Shown here piece by piece: positions 1 to 12,200 of a DNA stretch of 64,000 nt. Under the pieces are notes generated by a model. That model was not told where the DNA came from. It did no database searches and was given only the letters and a program-made list of their open reading frames with translations. Where the stretch lies: assembly GCA_001938485.1 (NCBI GenBank), contig MQRK01224568.1, positions 1 to 64,000 on the forward strand. The letters are read 5' to 3'. How positions within the stretch are numbered: the first letter of the stretch is position 1; each line of letters begins with the position of its first letter. Origin of the DNA: Girardia tigrina. Lineage: Eukaryota. A program made the position numbers and the translations under genes.

Positions 1-301
1 TAATCAATTATTAAAAGTTAAATAATCACTTTAAAATTAAACTAATATTTCATAAATAATATTTTAATAATAATTTCTTAAAATAAATAAAAAATATTTT
101 AAATTTCAATTATAAATAAATTTTGTAATAATTAAATTGTATTTTAAATTTGTTTGAATAATAAGACTTTAAAGAATATTATTAAAGATTATTAATCAAG
201 AACGATAACGAGCTATGCCAGTTTTACGGAGAATTGTTGTAGTGACAATTCAAATTGTGATAATAATAAATGTAAAGGAAACTCAATTAATGTTCTTAAT
301 A
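1..301 (+). mobile_element. Solo LTR family A, copy 1 (5' end outside window)
   Basis: Ends ...gttcttaata; 3' 97 nt encode (I)TSYASFTENCCSDNSNCDNNKCKGNSINVLN. Confidence 0.7.
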
Positions 302-679
302 GGACTAAAATTTTAAAAATAAAGAACATGGTGAATGGAGAAAGAAAAGTTTAAATTTGGGTACTAGAAAATATAAGTTCTTTAAACCTCTCAACTTTAT
401 TAGAAAGTCAATGGTTGCACTTGGAAAAGTCCCCGACTGAAATGATAAAAGTTGCTGCAATCATTCAAATTTCGTCAGTATTTTAGTTTAATATTGTCTC
501 TTAATTTTCATCTTTGAACTTTTTTTATAAGAAATTTGTTATACCTTTCTATTATCCTTTATGCCTTATTACCATTGAAGCAATACAAAACTTGTATAGT
601 TATTAGATTTGTACAAATATTTGAAAAACGGGGATAAGTTATCTTTAAAATACAAGAAAGGATCATCAAAGTTGGTTGA

Positions 680-1049
680 TGTGATAAATTTCTGAATTGT
701 TTGTTGTTTTATAATTTGCATGTTGTATGTTGATTCGGATTGTGTCTCTCCTACACAGATGGATGATTGGTATTTTCTTTGATTCCTACTAATTGAAAAT
801 AATTTAATTTAATTCGTACTTCTTTGTTTTTAAAAATTTTTAGATTCGATTTTATTCAATGAAAGTTTGTGATAATTAATTTATATTATAAATATTTTTC
901 ATTTGTTTTCAAAAAATAGGGTGACGCACTGAAAAATATTAATCAAGAAAGATGTCGTGTAGTGAAAGTGATTTGAAGAATTGTTGTAATGATAATTCTA
1001 TTTGTAATAATAATAAAAAGTTCGAAAAATCATATTGATGTTGTTAATA
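680..1049 (+). mobile_element. Solo LTR family A, copy 2, inserted in an inverted Penelope tail
   Basis: tgtga...gttaata; conserved tgtgtctctcctacacagatgg motif; diverged TSD gttga/attgc. Confidence 0.7.
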
Positions 1050-1050
1050 A

Positions 1051-1091
1051 TTGCGATTAATTTCTATGCAACAATCTTCATCATCAGGCAA
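1051..1091 (-). ncRNA. Minimal type I hammerhead ribozyme, helix II decayed
   Basis: Minus strand: ttgc-CTGATGA-t-(poorly paired helix II)-GAAA-ttaatc-gcaa; perfect 4-bp helix I. Confidence 0.6.
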
Positions 1092-1576
1092 AACTATATA
1101 AACTAGAAACTGAATAAAATATAATAAAATTTGAAATCTAAAAATCCTTTCTGAGTCATGTAAAATAGGAAGTATATTTCGCAGTAAATCCACCACTCAT
1201 ATTGGTTTACGTTTCAATTTAGTTTATCAGTTTAAATGTAATGGATGTGATGCCCCATACATCTGAAAGACATGTCGTGATTTCTGTAAACGAATTCAGG
1301 AACATAATCAAAAAGAAGGTGAGTCACATTGCTCAACATAGAAAGAAATGTTTTAGATAGTATAGTAGATTTAAGTAATTTTAAAATGTTGTCTTCACAA
1401 GTTGATAATTACAGAGAGAAGGTAATATATGAATCAATGATAATTAAAAAACTCAATATGTAAAAACCATCTTCTTCTACTTTATTGAAAATATTCCGAG
1501 GTTTTATGGATTACGAAACGATTACATAAACATTCCTTCGATATATAAAGGTCAGTTTATCAGTATTCATTTAGTT

Positions 1577-1617
1577 TCGCCTTATGGTGACTGTTGATCC
1601 GTCGAAATTAATCGCAA
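1577..1617 (+). ncRNA. Degenerate hammerhead ribozyme (core mutated to CTTATGG)
   Basis: gc-cttatgg-t-gactg.ttgat.ccgtc-GAAA-ttaatc-gc at the Penelope 3' tail. Confidence 0.5.
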
Positions 1618-2297
1618 TAAATTTTGATGATCGTTTTTTGTCTTTTATTTAGATTAATTTCACGTTCATACATTTAAGATTCAAAAAGGCTTTTTATATA
1701 CTCTTACATATGTATATATTATGTACGTACATAAAACGATTAAAAACATGTAGTCTTAATCAGTTCATAAAATTAAACATGTCCCATTATTTATAATAGT
1801 TTGAAGAAATCGTTTAGACTCAATCTTCATAGAATTAGCGTGGAATGTAAATTCTAATCTTCACAAACAATTAAATATTCAAAAGCAGTACTCAATTCAC
1901 AGTCTACTAAAACATGCTTTAGTCATTTAATATAGGTTGAGGCCTCGGAATTGTTTTTAATTTGTACTTCTAGTATGTCTTCCTTATTATAAATGTTATC
2001 TGAAAGTTTCACGTAGTTTAACCCTAATCCTAGCCTTAATTCTTGTCAAATACCAATAATTATTAAATTTTTCTTTCATATAATAATGCAGTCCGCTGTT
2101 AGAGTTGATGTAACATGTAGTGTACTAAAGTTGGGATAATGTTTTTGGCAGTTTCCTGGAGTGGATAATGCGCGTATCCATGAACTAATTCGATATACAT
2201 TAAACCACAGGCGCAAATTGTGCCTGTCACGGTGTACCTCCTAGAGACCTGCTTGGCTACCAGAGATATGCGGATAAGAAGATTAAGTTTTAGTAAT

Positions 2298-2937
2298 TAT
2301 TGGATTCTTGTTCACAAGACATTATAACGAACACCAAAATTTATTTCTCTAACAATTTGAATTTTTTAAACAAATATTTTTGAGGAACTTTTGTACTTTC
2401 TTTTTTTACACAACCAATATAAATAAAAATAGATATAAATAAAAATATGATTCCTATATTTTTACAAATTAAAATTCAATATTTCCTTAATAAAAAATAT
2501 AGTGAATTAAAATTTTGTCACAAAGATTTTGTTGCGTCTTTTATTAATTTTTCAATTTTATGGAACATTTAANNNNNNNNNNNNNNNNNNNNNNNNNNNN
2601 NNNNNNNNNNNNNNNNNNNNNNNNNNNNNNNNNNNNNNNNNNNNNNNNNNNNNNNNNNNNNNNNNNNNNNNNNNNNNNNNNNNNNNNNNNNNNNNNNNNN
2701 NNNNNNNNNNNCAAATTTGAAATTAACTTTTTTTTTACTTTATAATAAATCTTTACATAAATCTTTTAATAACCCTATCATAAAATTTATTTTATTTCTT
2801 ACTTAAATTAATTTTTTTACATTAAATTTCCGAAATCTTATTTTATCATATCTATAACAATATTTTACGGAATTTAATTGATTGTTTAATAAATTGATAA
2901 AATACAAAAATTTTATATTTTATGAACGTTCCCAACA
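2298..2937 (-). mobile_element. Solo LTR family B (TGTTGG...CCAATA), spans an assembly gap
   Basis: 5-bp TSD gtaat (2293-2297 / 2938-2942); short terminal inverted repeat; ATG near 3' end (MSCEQESN). Confidence 0.55.
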
Positions 2938-3060
2938 GTAATAAAAATATTTTTCTTCATTTTTAAATATTAATAAATAGACTACAAAATATTTGTTTGT
3001 GATTTATAAATATTTTCTTTTGATGATATTTGTATAAATTATGTGAATGATTTTATTTAG

Positions 3061-3234
3061 GGATATTCACATGAAATAATTTGGACCCAACTAGAATCAA
3101 CGATTTTGAAGTTCTTTCCTCAGAACGAAACTGTTGCTCAACTCTTAATCCAGTCTCTCTTGAACTGTTCTCTGAGGCTCAAATGGACCACTGAAAACAG
3201 TCTTTACGAATTACGAAGATTGTTCCTTGATTCA
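3061..3234 (+). CDS. LYST: LYST exon (GYSHEIIWTQLES...RRLFLDS), phase 0/0
   Basis: ttttatttag|gga ... tca|gtaatt; 58 open codons; resembles the helical LYST segment before the acidic loop. Confidence 0.65.
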
Positions 3235-6200
3235 GTAATTTTTTGTCATTTTTTATTCTTTTACGGTTTAGATTTTAATGAATAATTGTCCAACTATAGA
3301 AATCACTTATAATAATTATTGGGTTCTTGATCAACGATAGAATTCATAAAACAAATATTTATTAATGTAACAATCAACTATAATTAATTATTTAGAAAAT
3401 ATGTTTTACTCATAAAAATTCTTTTCAAAAAAATATGGATTTTAGATATTTTTAATTTTCAAATATTCAAAAATGTTTGACTCTGAATGAAAGAAAAACT
3501 ATATGGTAAATTATAAAATTATTGTAGAAAAATGATGAAAAATTGTGGTTGTGTAAAAAAGGTCTTTTAAAAGCACAACTCTTATGTACTGTTCCAAAGC
3601 TTGGACTTTGTCATCCATCATTGCAATCCCTTTATTTGATTTTCCAAAACAAATCAATATTTAGAACCTCATTAGTTCCAATATAATATCACTTAATTAA
3701 AGTTGACCTTTCAAAATGTTAAATTTTGATGAACTATTTAAACATGGTTTTCATCATGATGGTGCAATATGTGTATCGTTTGGATGAGAAGATAGGATCC
3801 TTTCTTCTGTTATCGGAACCTACAAGGATCTGTAAATCGAGGTTTTCGAACAATCAAATGAAGAGAATAGGATGACGGAATCCAGTGAGGGATACGGCAA
3901 AAGAAATGTCATTATGTGCTCAAATACACTCATGTTTACCCAGTTCTAGCCGAAGGGTTCCCGTAGTATCCCAAAATATTCAAAAAGTAGAAAATCAATA
4001 TTTGACCACAATCATTTAGTACTGTTAAAAGGACTTTTAAATGTTGTATTGTCACTTAGATTAAGCTTCTATGTCAGATTTCAGCTTACCAACACATCAG
4101 GAAGTTGTCGAAACTTTGATCACAAGATTTTAAACAAAAGTGTAACAGACAGACAGAATAAATATGTATAGGGGTCGGCAAAAAACATTTCGTTTTAGCT
4201 ACTTCGATGAAATCTTATTAAAATCTAAAAAATTATATTTTAAAACATTTATTTGGGAAAAGTTTATGTACAACTATACTAAAAATGGTAGCAAACCATA
4301 ACAGAGCCTAAAAATACTCTCCATCAGATTCAATGACTCTTTGGAACAGACGTGTAAAATTTAAAACTCGTCTGTGAACTTGACTTCAAATATTTTCGAA
4401 AATCATCACTCACTTCTCCTAAATTACTGAAGTTTTTTTCCATGTCAGTAACATTTGTAGTTCCAGAAGATAAAGTGATTCCGGAGGTTTGTGTCAGGTT
4501 AGTAGACCGTCTAATTTTATAGACCCACAATGTTTTTAAAGGAAGAGTCGAATCAACTGTGTTATGGTAAGTATGGCATTGTCATGCTGAATGACCATTC
4601 CCCAAGCAGGTAGTATTTCTTGAAAGTTCTTTTCTGATGGAATTTTAGATATCTCTCAGCGACAATGTATTTAACGTCGTGAAGAAGTTTGAAATACATG
4701 AATGATTATGAAGAGTTGCATGTAACAATAACAATCATTTTGCCATCCACCCAAACACGGTTGCACTATTTTAGAGGTATGTCTCGAAGGTATATCCATT
4801 TTTAATCAAAGTTTTCCTTAGCCCATTTTTTGATAGCAAATGACTAGAATTTTCTTGTTATTTTCTAGTAATTTCTTGTAACCCATTTCATACAAAGTGA
4901 CTTCTTTCCAAGTTTTTGTTTCAAAATGTGGCGAACATTTGTTTATTCAATTTCTGTGACTCTTGAAATGGCAGGACATCTTAAGTGATAATCTTCTTCA
5001 ATCATTTCAAGCACTTTTATGACAATCTTTTATGCAGTGTTCGTTCTAGGTCTTCCTGAACCTTCTTTTGCTGTACTCTTAAACACTCTTTGGTGATTTA
5101 TTGTACTCTCCGAAGGCTGACAACGGTCTCTGCTCCTTATCTTTAGAGTAGAAATCGATAGATTTCAGTAACTTAAAGGTTATTTCGTATTAAAGATTCA
5201 ACGAAAAACGTTCTGTCGCATTATTTTGCCTTCATCTTTCAAGCTAAATTAGCATATATCGATTTAAATTAAAATTAAATCGATTTATTTAAAATTAAAT
5301 CTTTAAATTAACAGTCTTGATAATGATCTACCGTAAAATATTTACCTAAGAAATTTTAACTCTGATCTTCAAATATTTTCCTATAAAAAAGAAATTTTTT
5401 GCTGGTTCATATTATTAAGAACACCAACATGGGTTTTCGAACTTTTATTTTCAATACAGTTAGAATTATCTTTCGGACAACTCTCAGCAAAACTTTCGTC
5501 ATTCGACATCGTTCTAAATTGATAACTTTTAGTTAATGTTTGTTAATAAACAATTATTCGAACAAATTCTTAATTAATTTCAGATTTTATTTTTAAAGTT
5601 CAAATTTTTTAATTTTAGTAATAATTTTATTTAAAAAATATTTTATGGATAGAAAGAACATTTATTTAATTCAAAACTTAGTTAAAACTATTTATTTTAT
5701 TTAAATTTTAATATGAAGATTTGAAACGATTTAATATTTTTAATGTTTTTAAATATCTTATGCTGTACTTTAAAATGCAAATTATACTCGAATAATTATC
5801 TATCGTGAACATCTAAAATATCAATTTTCCATCTGGGTGGGAGAAACACATTTCCAAATACTAAACTCAACATTCAACATTCAACAAACCAATTTCAACA
5901 TACCAAATTTAAAATATTCCTCACACATATATTTGAGCGTTGCAAATAATTCTTCACTAATGTCTTCCTAATTTATATTCTTGGTAAATGTAAAGTTTTT
6001 TGAAAAAAATGTATTATTCATTACTATAATTAAGTATTATCACTCTTTAGTCAAAATTTAATAGTTGATATATATTATTATTATTACTTGAACTATGATA
6101 ACAAATAAATATGAATAATTATTTATAGATCAATAACCCGTGATGATCCACTGTTATGGAGAATGCCGATCCATCATTTTTATTGATCAACTATAGCTTG

Positions 6201-9200
6201 TATTTAATAATAATAATTTCTACTACTAATATAAAATCTTGGTACCCGGTCACTTAATCCTCGACACTTATTCCCTGGCATTTAATCTCATATACATTTT
6301 AGTCATAAATCCATATTTAAATTATAAATCCATAGTGCTGGTGGATGGCTTTCTTTTTACATCTTGTGTTAATATTTGACCTTCCTTAAACAGCTGGAAT
6401 TACTTTTTGTAATGAATTTCTGTCACATCATAACCGTTACTATCACCAAATTTCTTCCTCATCACCATTGAAGTCTTGAGGCCCACATTCAAGCATTGCT
6501 TCTTCTCTTGGCACGAACGTCTACTTTATTACGTTTTAACATGTTATTTTTAAATTTAATTAATTTTAAAAATATTAAAATAAAAATGTATAAGGTTCAA
6601 ACTTAATATATAATAATATTTAGTGTATATATTGTATTAATGTATAAAAATAAAGTAGAACTATGTGAATGTTGTCAGAACTCTTGAATCAATCCGGTAT
6701 ACTAATAGATAATGCTATTTAAATCTGCAATAATATTTTGCTTCTACATTTTCATATCAGCTCTAGACATTATTGTGTTATCTTAACTCTTTGAATTCGC
6801 TGCGTCAGTAAAGCGATATCGAGATAATGATGGTATACCGAAATAACTTATTAACTGATCTGACTATCAACATTACATCATACCTTAAACCAAAAATCTA
6901 AGTGGAACAAACTTCATCTTACTTTCTCTAAATTATTAATTTAAACTTATGACCAGTGCCGGATTAAGCACACTAGAGTTTCATAGGCAGTCAAAATGTA
7001 GGGGCCCTGAGGCATCAACGAGTGTACCAGAGCCATATTGTAATTAGCCAATTTAACCGTCAAGTACTTTCTTAGTATCTGTAAGTAGTTTAGCCTATTT
7101 TTCATTTCACTGTCAATCGCGCAGCCGCTAGCAACGTATATGTTTGTATGTTATTTGTGTGATTTACATCGGCGGTGACGTGCTATTTTGACCGGCAGTG
7201 GCAGCCTGGCGCGGCTCGCATCAGGGTCTGGTTGTAATATGACTAACTAATAGTTAGTTTTTCTCCTAAACCAAAGACATTGTTAACAAATTCACGCCAT
7301 TATCGTTTTCATTCACATGCGCAGAACAAGCTATGATGCTATCGCACTATTGTTGGCTGTAAATAACTATTCTCGAGTTGAGTAAATTTGAGTCAATCAT
7401 AAACGATTACGAGTAACATGTTGACAGTTGAATGTTGATCACGAATGATTTGAATTTTTAAATGTTTGTTTTTCTGTTAACTGACGTTGCTATCTTGCTA
7501 ATATTTATAAATTTATAACACAATACTACAATATATTTATCTTTTTATCGTGGGGTCCCTGTCAGTTGCCTAACGCGTAATCCGGCACGGCTTATGGCTT
7601 TTCCAATTATTTCTCAAACTGACTTCCCCAATTATGAAAATGTATTTTGCTGATACACTTCCCAGTTTATGTGCAAAGTACCATTTCGTCTTAGAAAGGA
7701 CCCCTATTCCCTCCAAGCACTGATTTAGACATGAAATTTAGACAGTATTTAGTTGATTAATTATTGTATAACGCATTTTGTAATTAATGTATATTGAATA
7801 TAAACAGAATATTATAAATAGTTTATGGATCCTATGACCCATGGTCGATGGATATTACTAAACGATTGTTCTTCAGGTGGTCATTATAAGCTCGTCGACT
7901 AATACCGTGGATGTGGACAAAGACAATGGTGACTCCGAATACGATTCTGACTCTTCGGACCAAGATAACGATATTGAATATCGTGGCGCAGAATACGAGG
8001 CCGATGTCAGCTCGGATTTGGTGAGCGACGGTGAAACAGAATCCCGTGAGTGTCGTTTCATTATATCGCTAATTAATGGTCTCACCATTCACAATTACAT
8101 CTCTGTTTCTCTTATGAAACTATTTTTTAAATAATATTTTTTGCTTTAAATGTGGATACAACCATTATTAAGAATACTCCATAATTTATAGTTAACAGGA
8201 TGATCGCATAGAATTTATTAAGAGAATTTTATTTCTTCAACTTCTGATTTCGTCTAAATTTGGTCCATATTATTCTATATTCAAAGAAGTCTATCGGACC
8301 TTTATTCAGAACAAAATAGGATTATAATAATTAATAAACCAATGACTTCCTTATTGTTAGAGTACCCACATTGGACGATCTGACAACGGATCATTACAGC
8401 ACACTTTTTACAGTTGTAATTATGATCAGTGATTTTGTATTCGTGGTTAAGATGTTCTTAGTTTATTTATGTAAAGTGTTTTTGATATTTTACATTTTAT
8501 AAACACTCGTTAAATACAAATACGAGTATGTTCAAATTAGTCTTGAATGTGACCCTCACATCCTTCTAAGGTATTAAGTCTGAGACTTTTTAGGAGATCT
8601 GGAATGTTGATAAAGCCTCCATATCGCTCAACCTGCCTATTTCAACAAGTACCACTACAATACTATTTCATTATCGACTGTGAGTTCACCACAGCTTTAT
8701 AACCGCCCTCAAAATCGAGAACCGTTACTCAACCTCACGGCATTCACACGCAGAATAGTTGCTATGCCTTGTTTATTGGATTACTGGTCCTCTAGAATTA
8801 CAAAAACTGCCGGCATTTTGAACTATATTCGCCTAGCTTTTAGACACTTTCGCTTAGAGACGGAACTCCATCCAATATAATTTGCAATTCATAAATTGTT
8901 CTCAATTTAATTGAAGTGAAAATTTGAATTTTGGTAGTCATAGAAACAATCCTGAAACTATCTAAGTTTATAAAATTACACTACTTAAATGGTTCAAACG
9001 CTTCAGAATATTCTATTTTTATGATCTACATATTCTCTTCAGTGTTTACGTGTTATAACTTTTCTTAGCCCGTGTCTGTGTACATAATTTGTCTAATTCT
9101 ACCGTAATGTTGCACTTTATGGCCTTGTTTGTCCACAAAATGCTCGTCAGGAATATTAGAACTGTGATCTGCGATTTCAAGATAAAAAGACAAATTTCAA

Positions 9201-12200
9201 ACTCTGTGAATTTCTTTGGTTTTACCCTCTCTATGTTTTTCTTCAGAAAAATTCTTTGGTTGGTGTAATTGAGATCTGTGTATGTTGCAACAGAAAAGTT
9301 TTACTTCCTTTTAAATATTTTATATTTTTATCGATTCCAAGTTATATTTTTAATTTATCTAAAAATTTTATTACTTCATTTCATTTTATAAATTATTATC
9401 CAAAAGATTAACGCCCTCTGTTCATTGTGTGAATGTAAAACAGTCCTCTTTAGGGCTACAAATTCTGATTGTTAGCGTCATATTATTCCCGAAAATGGAA
9501 TTTTAACGAGATGGGGGTCGGCATCTTTATCACATGAAATGTATATTTTATCAGATATTTTTATGGAAATGATCCAGATTCAAGGTGTTACAAATTAATT
9601 CAATGTGTAATAATAGTATAAAAGTACTACACAAAATACAACAGCATTTCTTATTATATTTTATATTTAATAGAGTTTCTACTTATGAAAAGTTTTAGGA
9701 ATGAGAAGGATGAAATATATTGAAGACATAAGAGTTATCAGAATTACTTGATAAACTTACCCTTTTGAAGGTTCGCCATGAAAACAAATGATGTTGATCA
9801 AAATTCGGATCAATGGATACAACCTACAGGTACATTGGTTTATAAGTTAGCACTGCAAAACAAAAAATTAACAACCTTGACAATATTAATCTGAAAATCA
9901 TAACAACTCTTCTGTCTTCGTCAAATTATCTTTTGGTTATCTTGCAGATTTGATCTCTGTTATCAACAGACACTTTGATCAAGACGAATATCGTTTTATT
10001 TTCCTTTAAAAACGTAATTCTCTCAAATCCAACAGAGACAAGTAGCGATACGCTCTCATTCGCTCTAAATGGTCATTACTAGAAAGTAATAGCTGATCTT
10101 TTTCGAAACTTATTTTAAGACAGATTTATTGCAACAATTTTGAAATTATATGTCCACTTTTATCTAAAATACCTTTTCTAGCCTAGACAGATGAAGGGTC
10201 ACTCAGACTTGTGGTCCTGGTTCTGTACAATTAATCTATGACTATTTGACCCTTATATCCATATCGAGATGATATATTTTCCACATTACTTTATTTAAAC
10301 TTTTCTGAAGAATTATTTTTAATTAAATTTATTAATCTTGAATATTAAAAATAACTTTCATCACATGTGAATTATGAAATTTATTGTGCATGTTTAGTAC
10401 CCTTTAAATATGTTCTACGTCAACCAATAATGAATTCATTTTTAACATAAAAGATTTGGTTGTTACAGTTACTACGTATCTCATCTTGGATTCCAAGACC
10501 TTGAAATGATTTTGTTGGGGTTTCAAAATATAAATTTAAATTTTTAATCAAAAAGTTTTGTAAAAATTTTATTAAAAATAATTCTTTGTTAAAAAATCAG
10601 TAATTTTCGTTTTACATTATTTTAATAAAATTTGTATAAAATTTTTAAATATTTTTAGATTTGTTTTAGCAAACTAATTTTCAAGGTTAGAAAAAACTAG
10701 TATATAAACAATTATTATTTTAGTATTATTCACACAAAATTTCGGACAAAAAATTATACTTGCAGACCCTACTAAAGATTTTAAAACTTCATCATGTATT
10801 ACGGTAATCTTTTTTTATTTAATTGTTGTTAACCAATCTAGTATCCTGTAAAAGAGAAAGATTGAAGTTAGATTTTCAGATATCAAAATTGATATTGATT
10901 TGTGTTGATTGAGTGTGCTTCAAACATTTGATTTAGTGATAAAGTTTCGATTTCAGTTTTGTGCTCAAGTTGTCATTTGCAAATAAAATTTATTAAAAGG
11001 AGTTGTGTTCATTCTTCATATATTATTGTTGGAAGAAACCTTTTGGTCGATTTGGAGTCAGATTAGTAGTTTAATATAAATAAAGATAGAAACGAGATTT
11101 AATTGTAATACCCAACAATTTTCATGTATAGAGTGTCCCGCATATCATTTTGCTTTTTTATGTTTTGTAATTCAAAAAATCTTGTAATGTGGACAACTGT
11201 TTTATGTATTGCAGTAATATCTTCTCTCTCTACTAGATATACGGCTGTTTTCATTTAATAATATGTTCACTTACGCCATACTTTCATCAGTTTTTGAAAT
11301 GCATGGTCGTCCGGTGTGATTTTTTCAGCCATCTTCTACAGACTCTGCCACATGAAATCATTTGACAGTTGATGTACTCTTCGTAAAGTAATACTTTCAT
11401 TACACTCAGTAGTTTCTAATAAATCATATATGTTAACGTCCGTATAACCTTTTAAACTCAAAATTTTACAAGAAAATTCACTCGGTCAACACTCATTTTA
11501 CTTGCACAATAACAATTTTTTACAGAATTCCAAGAATATTCTCTGTAAAAACCAACTCGAATTTAAATTTAATAAATTTAAACAACCACTCAAATATTAA
11601 TGCTTGCAGCCGTTGATTAATGATTTATTTAGAGCCCCTATGTACAACACAGTTATTAATGAAAAAACGAGTAATATACACCCCATAAATTATTTATTCA
11701 GAAATAATGTCTAATCAGTTCTTATAACAAATTCGGGAAGTAAAACGTTGTTGTTTGATCCAATTTACATCGTGTACATCATTACTGTGAGGAATATTTT
11801 AAATTTGGTATGTTGAAATTGGTTTGTTGAATGTTGCATGTTGAGTTTAGTATTTGGAAATGTGTTTCTCCCACCCAGATGGAAAATTGATATTTTGGAT
11901 GTTCACGATAGATAATTATTCGAATATAATTTACATTTTAAAGTACAGCATGATATTTAAAAACATTAAAAATATTAAATCTTTTCAAATCTTCATATTA
12001 AAATTTAAATAAAATAAATAGTTTTAACTAAGTTTTGAATTAATTAAATGTTCTTTCTTTATATAAAATAATTTTTAAATAAAATTAATATGTAAATAAA
12101 AATTATTACTAAAATTAAAAAATTTGAACTTTAAAAATAAAATCTGAAAATAATTAAAAATTTGAAAAAAGATGGCAATTTTTTATTAAAAACAAATAAA

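Larger units (their letters stand above)
645..1650 (+). mobile_element. Penelope-like retroelement fragment: inverted 3' tail (645-1130, split by solo LTR) + degenerate GIY-YIG (~1180-1500) + 3' tail
   Basis: NLVYQFKCNGCDAPYI*KTCRDFCKRIQEH..HIAQHRKKC; hammerhead-like motifs at both ends in opposite orientation. Confidence 0.8.

Noticed and set aside
368-477. Possible additional LYST exon (ENISSLNL...IQISS|gtattt); also 3272-3322 and 6129-6200
   Set aside because: Splice sites are plausible but there is no recognisable homology, so I cannot support them without RNA data.
8198-10340. Apparent + strand exons with in-frame TAA/TAG/TGA, suggesting stop-codon reassignment or U-to-C editing
   Set aside because: All 16 LYST exons and the GPCR read cleanly in the standard code, and LYST homology is continuous without these blocks. 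Their stop density is near random for this AT content, and the region reads better as the antisense of a Gypsy relic.
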